NCBI RefSeq assembly: GCF_001457615.1
Contig: NZ_LN831024.1
Coordinates: 1,230,001 to 1,262,000 of the forward strand
Reading direction: 5' to 3'
Source: Pseudomonas aeruginosa
Lineage (GTDB): Bacteria > Pseudomonadota > Gammaproteobacteria > Pseudomonadales > Pseudomonadaceae
Length of the DNA stretch: 32,000 nucleotides
How positions within the stretch are numbered: position 1 is the stretch's first letter; the number at the start of each line of letters is the position of its first letter. The position numbers and the translations under genes were made by a program. This document shows positions 25,816 to 32,000 of the stretch, one piece after another. The notes beneath the pieces are model-generated. The model saw nothing but the letters and a program-made list of their open reading frames with translations, did not search any database and was not told the origin of the DNA.

Positions 25816-25841
25816 GCGCCTTTTCGCAGGCGAAAGGGCGC
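25816..25841 (-). promoter_or_regulatory. Strong hairpin between the LuxR-type gene and the OMP operon
   Basis: GCGCCTTTTCGC / GCGAAAGGGCGC, 11-12 bp stem with one G-U pair. No U-tract on either strand. Confidence 0.35.
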
Positions 25842-25895
25842 CCATGCCGCCCTTGACGGGGCGGTCGAAGCGGTGATGGCAGGGGTGGAGGGCTG

Positions 25896-26873
25896 TCAGC
25901 CAGGCGGGAACTGGTGCAGCAGGTGGGCGATGCTCGCCTTGTCGTTGACGCCGAGCTTGGAATAGATGGTGCGTATGTGATGGCGCACGGTGTTCGGCGC
26001 CAGGCCGAGGTCGCGGGCGATCTGCTTGTAGGTCTTGCCTTCGCTGAACAGCAGGGCGACGTCGCCTTCGCGATTGCTCAACTGTTCGATCGCGCTCGGT
26101 TGCCGCGCGGTGAGCAGGTAGAGGTCGCCGACCTGCCGCGAGTCGATCACCAGGCGCGCATCGCGATAGCCCTGCGGGCTGGTTTCCTCCGGCAGCTGCG
26201 GGCCGGTCCAGCCCGGCCAGGCGCCGAGCAGCAGGTCGACGAAGCCGCGTTCGGCGCAATGCAGCACGCCGTAGCGATCGCATACCGCCATGGCCAGAGC
26301 CTGGCGTTCGAGGGATTCGCGCAGGGCCACCAGGGTACGGATCTGGTTGGCCGAGACGGCCGCGGCCAGGTGCGCCGAGAGTTGCCCGAGGAGCAGTTTC
26401 TCCTGGTCCGCGAAGGGCGGGCCGCCAGGCGTGCGATAGAGGGCGACATGGTCGCTGAGGCGGGTGATCGGATCGACGTGGATCACGCAGAGCAGCTCAC
26501 CGATGTCGTGACGCGCGCCAAGCCAGCGCAGCCCGGCGGTGGCCTGCATGTCAACGGCCACGGCGGTGCCCGGGCGGGCGTGTACCAGGCCGACGGTGAT
26601 GTCGTCGTGGCTGATCGATTTCCAGTCCTCGACATAGTGCTCTTCGAGGTTGAACAGGTGTGCGCTGTGCTCCACCGGCACGCCGTCGATCAGCGCCGCG
26701 CGGCCCCACCAGGCACGCTGGAACGGCACCAGTTGCTGCAGACGTTCCAGCGCGGTGCGATGGAAACGCTCCAGGGTCTTGTCGCGCGCCAGCCGGTTGA
26801 TATCCAGCACGGCGGCGCCGAACGCCGCGAGCAAGGCTGCGGATGACGAATGCGGGTCAGTGCTCCCTTTCAT
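25896..26873 (-). CDS. LuxR/FixJ-type HTH transcriptional regulator with uncharacterised N-terminal sensor domain (325 aa)
   Basis: GGAGAGA RBS, then ATG 26873 (MKGSTDPHSS). C-terminal LSNREGDVALLFSEGKTYKQIARDLGLAPNTVRHHIRTIYSKLGV. Confidence 0.85.
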   Translation of the reverse strand: MKGSTDPHSSSAALLAAFGAAVLDINRLARDKTLERFHRTALERLQQLVPFQRAWWGRAALIDGVPVEHSAHLFNLEEHYVEDWKSISHDDITVGLVHARPGTAVAVDMQATAGLRWLGARHDIGELLCVIHVDPITRLSDHVALYRTPGGPPFADQEKLLLGQLSAHLAAAVSANQIRTLVALRESLERQALAMAVCDRYGVLHCAERGFVDLLLGAWPGWTGPQLPEETSPQGYRDARLVIDSRQVGDLYLLTARQPSAIEQLSNREGDVALLFSEGKTYKQIARDLGLAPNTVRHHIRTIYSKLGVNDKASIAHLLHQFPPG

Positions 26874-26940
26874 TCTCTCCCCCGTCCCACTTTTATAGTT
26901 CTTGGAATCGGCGTCCGCCGCCTGGGCGGTCGCTGGGTGA

Positions 26941-28605
<1,665 letters not shown>

Positions 28606-28621
28606 GGCTGATTGAAATGAG

Positions 28622-28655
28622 TGCTGCACGGGGCTGTTCGATTCAGCCCCGTGTC
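28622..28655 (+). terminator. Intercistronic terminator-like hairpin between guaB and guaA
   Basis: CACGGGGCT (28622-28630) and AGCCCCGTG (28640-28648), 9-bp stem, 9-nt loop, followed by TCGTTTTCG. Confidence 0.5.
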
Positions 28656-28684
28656 GTTTTCGAATTCCGTAGCGAGAGATGGCC

Positions 28685-30262
28685 ATGTCCCAAGACATTC
28701 ACGCCCACCGTATCCTGATCCTCGATTTCGGCTCCCAGTACACCCAACTGATCGCTCGCCGCGTGCGCGAGATCGGCGTGTATTGCGAAATCCATCCCTT
28801 CGACATGAGCAACGAGGCGATCATCGCCTTCGCGCCGCGCGGCATCATCCTCGCCGGTGGCCCCGAGTCGGTACACGAAGCCGACAGCCCGCGCGCGCCG
28901 CAGGCGGTGTTCGACCTGAAGGTGCCGCTGTTCGGCATCTGCTACGGCATGCAGACCATGGCCGAGCAGATGGGCGGCAAGGTGCAGGGCTCCGACCTGC
29001 GCGAGTTCGGCTACGCCCGCGTCGACGTGGTCGGCAAGGCGCGCCTGCTGGACGGCATCGAGGACCACGTGGACGACGACGGCGTGCTCGGCCTCGACGT
29101 GTGGATGAGCCACGGCGACAAGGTCACCGAGATGCCGGCCGGCTTCCACATCCTGGCCAGCACCCCGAGCTGCCCGATCGCCGCCATGGCCGACGATGCC
29201 CGCGCCTACTACGGCGTGCAATTCCACCCGGAAGTCACCCACACCAAGCAGGGCCTGCGCATTCTCTCGCGCTTCGTCCTCGACATCTGCGGTTGCGCCG
29301 CGCTGTGGACCCCCTCGAACATCGTCGACGACGCCATCGCCACCGTGCGCGCCCAGGTCGGTTCCTCCAAGGTCCTGCTAGGCCTCTCCGGCGGCGTGGA
29401 CTCCTCGGTGGTCGCCGCGCTGTTGCACAAGGCCATCGGCGACCAACTGACCTGCGTGTTCGTCGACAACGGCCTGCTGCGCCTGCACGAAGGCGACCAG
29501 GTGATGGCCATGTTCGCCGAGAACATGGGCGTGAAGGTGATCCGCGCCAACGCCGAGGACAAGTTCCTCGGCCGCCTGGCCGGCGTCGCCGACCCGGAAG
29601 AGAAGCGCAAGATCATCGGCCGCACCTTCATCGAAGTCTTCGACGAAGAAGCCACCAAGCTGCAGGACGTGAAGTTCCTCGCCCAGGGCACCATCTACCC
29701 CGACGTGATCGAGTCGGCCGGCGCCAAGACCGGCAAGGCCCACGTGATCAAGTCGCACCACAACGTCGGCGGCCTGCCGGAGGACATGCAGTTCGAACTG
29801 GTCGAGCCGCTGCGCGAACTGTTCAAGGACGAAGTGCGCAAGATCGGCCTGGAGCTGGGCCTGCCCTACGACATGGTCTACCGCCACCCGTTCCCCGGCC
29901 CGGGCCTGGGCGTGCGCATCCTCGGCGAGGTGAAGAAGGAGTACGCCGACCTGCTGCGCCAGGCCGACCACATCTTCATCGAGGAACTGCGCGCCTTCGA
30001 CTGGTACCACAAGACCAGCCAGGCGTTCGTGGTGTTCCAGCCAGTGAAATCGGTCGGCGTGGTCGGCGACGGCCGTCGCTACGCCTGGGTCGTCGCCCTG
30101 CGCGCGGTGGAGACCATCGACTTCATGACCGCGCGCTGGGCGCACCTGCCCTACGAACTGCTGGAGAAGGTCTCGAACCGCATCATCAACGAGATTGCCG
30201 GTATCTCCCGGGTCACCTACGACGTGTCGAGCAAGCCGCCGGCGACTATCGAGTGGGAGTGA
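28685..30262 (+). CDS. guaA: GMP synthase, glutamine-hydrolysing (525 aa)
   Basis: [22 protein letters not shown], GATase GICYGMQ, PP-loop LSGGVDSS, C-terminal ...KPPATIEWE. The ATG at 28679 is an alternative start. Confidence 0.97.
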
Positions 30263-30290
30263 AGCCACTTCTTCCCTGGTGATTCATCCG

Positions 30291-30321
30291 AAAGACAACG
30301 GCCGTAAGGCCGTTGTCTTTT
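30291..30321 (+). terminator. Rho-independent terminator of guaA
   Basis: AAAGACAACGGCC-GTAA-GGCCGTTGTCTTT-T. 13-bp perfect stem ending in a T-run. Confidence 0.9.
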
Positions 30322-32000
30322 ATGGCTCCGCCAAATGATGTCTGTATAGCGTTGGCTGGTGGTCCGGCAACTGTTTAACGGCCGTTTTACGGTTGAATCG
30401 GCCCGTCGATCATGAGATATACTGCTTCGCTTTAATGATGCTTTGCTAATTGTCATGGCAGCTTTTCAGTGAAAAGTGTCGGTTTCTCGGGGCTGTCGAA
30501 ATTTCGCAGCATTTTTGGGGTTTCATTGTTTCAGAGGCGAGTTTCGGGATGAAAATAAAGGCCGCGTTGATTGTTGATGATCTTTCATTGAGTGAGTGGC
30601 AAAAGCGGGCGATTGAAGACTCTTCTGAGTATCTTGATATTCAATTGGTTCTCAGTTGTCGTAATAGCGCGACCAAGAAAAGTGTCATCAAGCATTGCGG
30701 GTATTATTTTCTCAATATTCTTTCCCTGAAGAATGATATGACTCGTCGAGTGCAGTTAGACTCTCGTGGCTCAGAAGTCATTCATTTCGATTCTGATTAC
30801 GAAGGGGCCTGGCAGCGCATCCCGGAAGATGTCTGCGCCCGAATTCTGGATAAGGGAATAAAGCTGGTCATCAAGTTTGGCATGTCTCTGCTCCGCATCG
30901 ATGGAGGATTGCAGAGGCTGGACATTCTTTCCTACCACCATGGCGATCCAGAGTACTACAGGGGGCGGCCCGCGGGCTTTTATGAGATCTATGAAAATGC
31001 AGACAGCGTCGGGATCATAGTCCAGAAGCTCTCCAACAAACTGGACGCCGGCGAGGTCTTGGTGCGCGGGTACTCCAAGGTTCATCACCACTCCTACAAG
31101 AAAACCTCAAGAAACTTTTATCTGAATTCGGTCGTGCTGCTTCGCAAGGCGCTTGTCAATTACTCTCGGGGAGAGCAGGTGGTATTAGAAAAGCTGGGCA
31201 AAAACTACCGTCTGCCCAGCAATTTCACCGTCTTCAAGTTTTTCTGCAAGACTATCTTCCGGGGGCTTGCCCGGCTATCGTACGGGGCGTTTTTCGAAAA
31301 AAAATGGAATGTCGTTGCGCTTCCTTACAACGATATTCCTTCGTTGCAAGAATTGTCCGTCTCAGCAGGAAAGATTCCGAAGGTGGAGAAGGGGTATACT
31401 TTCTACGCCGATCCTTTCTTTAGTGCGGACGGTAAGCTGATACGTCTCGAAGCCTTGAATGCTAGCAACGGTCTGGGTGAAATCATTGAATTGAAGGCCC
31501 AGAGTCTTGACTTTTCACGTGTGATCTTGAAGGGGAATCATTTTTCCTATCCCTATTCGTTCGAGGCGTCTGGTGTCGAATATCTGATACCGGAAGTCGC
31601 CTCTCATTCCGCTCCCTGTCTTCTGCCTCCTCCTTTCGCTCTGGAGAGCAAGAAGCTATTCCAGGGAATGGAGGGTGAGCGGATTCTGGATGGCACGCTT
31701 TTCGAACACGGGGGCAGGTACTACCTGTTCTGCGGCCAGGCGGTATCAGGTTCGGACAACCTTTATCTTTATGTCGGCGAGAGCCTGGAAGGACCCTACA
31801 CTTCCCATCCCTGTAACCCTGTGGTGATGAATCCCGGCTCCGCACGAATGGGCGGGCGTATCTTCAAGGAGGGAGGAAAGCTTTACCGGTTCGGTCAGAA
31901 CAACTCCTATGGTTATGGAAGCAGTCTGGCCGTAAACGAAATCGAGGTGCTCGATCCAGAGCATTATTCGGAGAAGCGTGTAGCAAACCTGGCGTTCCAG
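30322..32000. other. Compositionally foreign (low-GC) segment, probable edge of a genomic island; continues past the window
   Basis: Hand counts: 30541-30600 has 26/60 G+C and 31141-31200 has 31/60, against 38/60 at 7021-7080. Codons shift to A/T-ending. The change begins exactly after the guaA terminator. Confidence 0.65.
30549..32000 (+). CDS. Formyltransferase-fold N-terminal domain fused to a propeller-like (GINT1-N-like) C-terminal domain; 484 codons, 3' end outside window
   Basis: Not in the ORF track because there is no stop. I translated it by hand, 484 codons without a stop: MKIKAALIVDDLSLSEWQKRAIED...LSYHHGDPEYYRGRPAGFYEIYEN...FYADPFFSADGKL...DGTLFEHGGRYYLFCG...LYLYVGESLEGPYTSHPCNPVV...ARMGGRIFKEGGKLYRFGQNNSYGYGSSL. 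First ATG after an in-frame TAA at 30447. Confidence 0.8.
   Translation, partial: MKIKAALIVDDLSLSEWQKRAIEDSSEYLDIQLVLSCRNSATKKSVIKHCGYYFLNILSLKNDMTRRVQLDSRGSEVIHFDSDYEGAWQRIPEDVCARILDKGIKLVIKFGMSLLRIDGGLQRLDILSYHHGDPEYYRGRPAGFYEIYENADSVGIIVQKLSNKLDAGEVLVRGYSKVHHHSYKKTSRNFYLNSVVLLRKALVNYSRGEQVVLEKLGKNYRLPSNFTVFKFFCKTIFRGLARLSYGAFFEKKWNVVALPYNDIPSLQELSVSAGKIPKVEKGYTFYADPFFSADGKLIRLEALNASNGLGEIIELKAQSLDFSRVILKGNHFSYPYSFEASGVEYLIPEVASHSAPCLLPPPFALESKKLFQGMEGERILDGTLFEHGGRYYLFCGQAVSGSDNLYLYVGESLEGPYTSHPCNPVVMNPGSARMGGRIFKEGGKLYRFGQNNSYGYGSSLAVNEIEVLDPEHYSEKRVANLAFQ

Noticed and set aside
30217-30456. 79-aa minus-strand ORF spanning the guaA 3' end and terminator
   Set aside because: It overlaps the guaA coding sequence and its terminator hairpin. 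No RBS and implausible composition.
30771-31964. Three minus-strand ORFs in the low-GC segment (30771..31091, 31483..31845, 31746..31964)
   Set aside because: All lie inside the 484-codon uninterrupted plus-strand frame, which has coherent domain motifs. The minus-strand products have no motifs and two of them overlap each other.

Overview
High-GC (about 63-68% by hand count) gammaproteobacterial chromosome. Gene order and protein sequences look like the Pseudomonas aeruginosa core region running leuA - oprC - xseA - guaB - guaA. From memory this is roughly PAO1 PA3797 down to PA3769, but I cannot verify locus numbers here. I call 31 protein-coding genes, two of them truncated by the window edges. 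They are: a nitrilase-family hydrolase (partial), a YidB-like Gly-rich protein, an aldo/keto reductase, two small hypotheticals and leuA. Next comes a copper-handling neighbourhood: DUF2946-like/OprC/PepSY-TM, then an M23 peptidase and a DUF4345-like protein on the other strand, then DUF2946-like/PCuAC/orphan 190-aa protein. After that come an isochorismatase-family hydrolase with a divergent GlxA/AraC regulator, and a 7-kb minus-strand block (LysR, xseA, LysR, TRAP dctPQM-type transporter, VanX/DdpX-type M15 dipeptidase). The rest is a TauE/SafE permease, a LuxR-type regulator followed by an OMP-MFS-HDAC-like deacetylase operon, and guaB-guaA. Directly after the strong guaA terminator (about 30.32 kb) the composition drops to roughly 45-50% G+C. 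A long open frame that is missing from the supplied ORF track (it has no stop before the window end) starts at 30549. It encodes a formyltransferase-fold domain fused to a propeller-like domain, and this is the most likely entry point to accessory or foreign DNA. I saw no rRNA, tRNA, CRISPR array, IS element, integrase or long DNA repeat. Most long ORFs in the track that lie antisense to the calls above are high-GC artefacts. The most interesting leads are: the foreign segment after guaA; the TRAP transporter translationally coupled to a D-Ala-D-Ala-dipeptidase-like enzyme; the OMP-MFS-deacetylase import operon; the two-module copper cluster with shared MPM motifs; and a small Leu-rich uORF plus an orphan terminator upstream of leuA. 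All functional assignments rest on motif recognition and recall, not on database searches.
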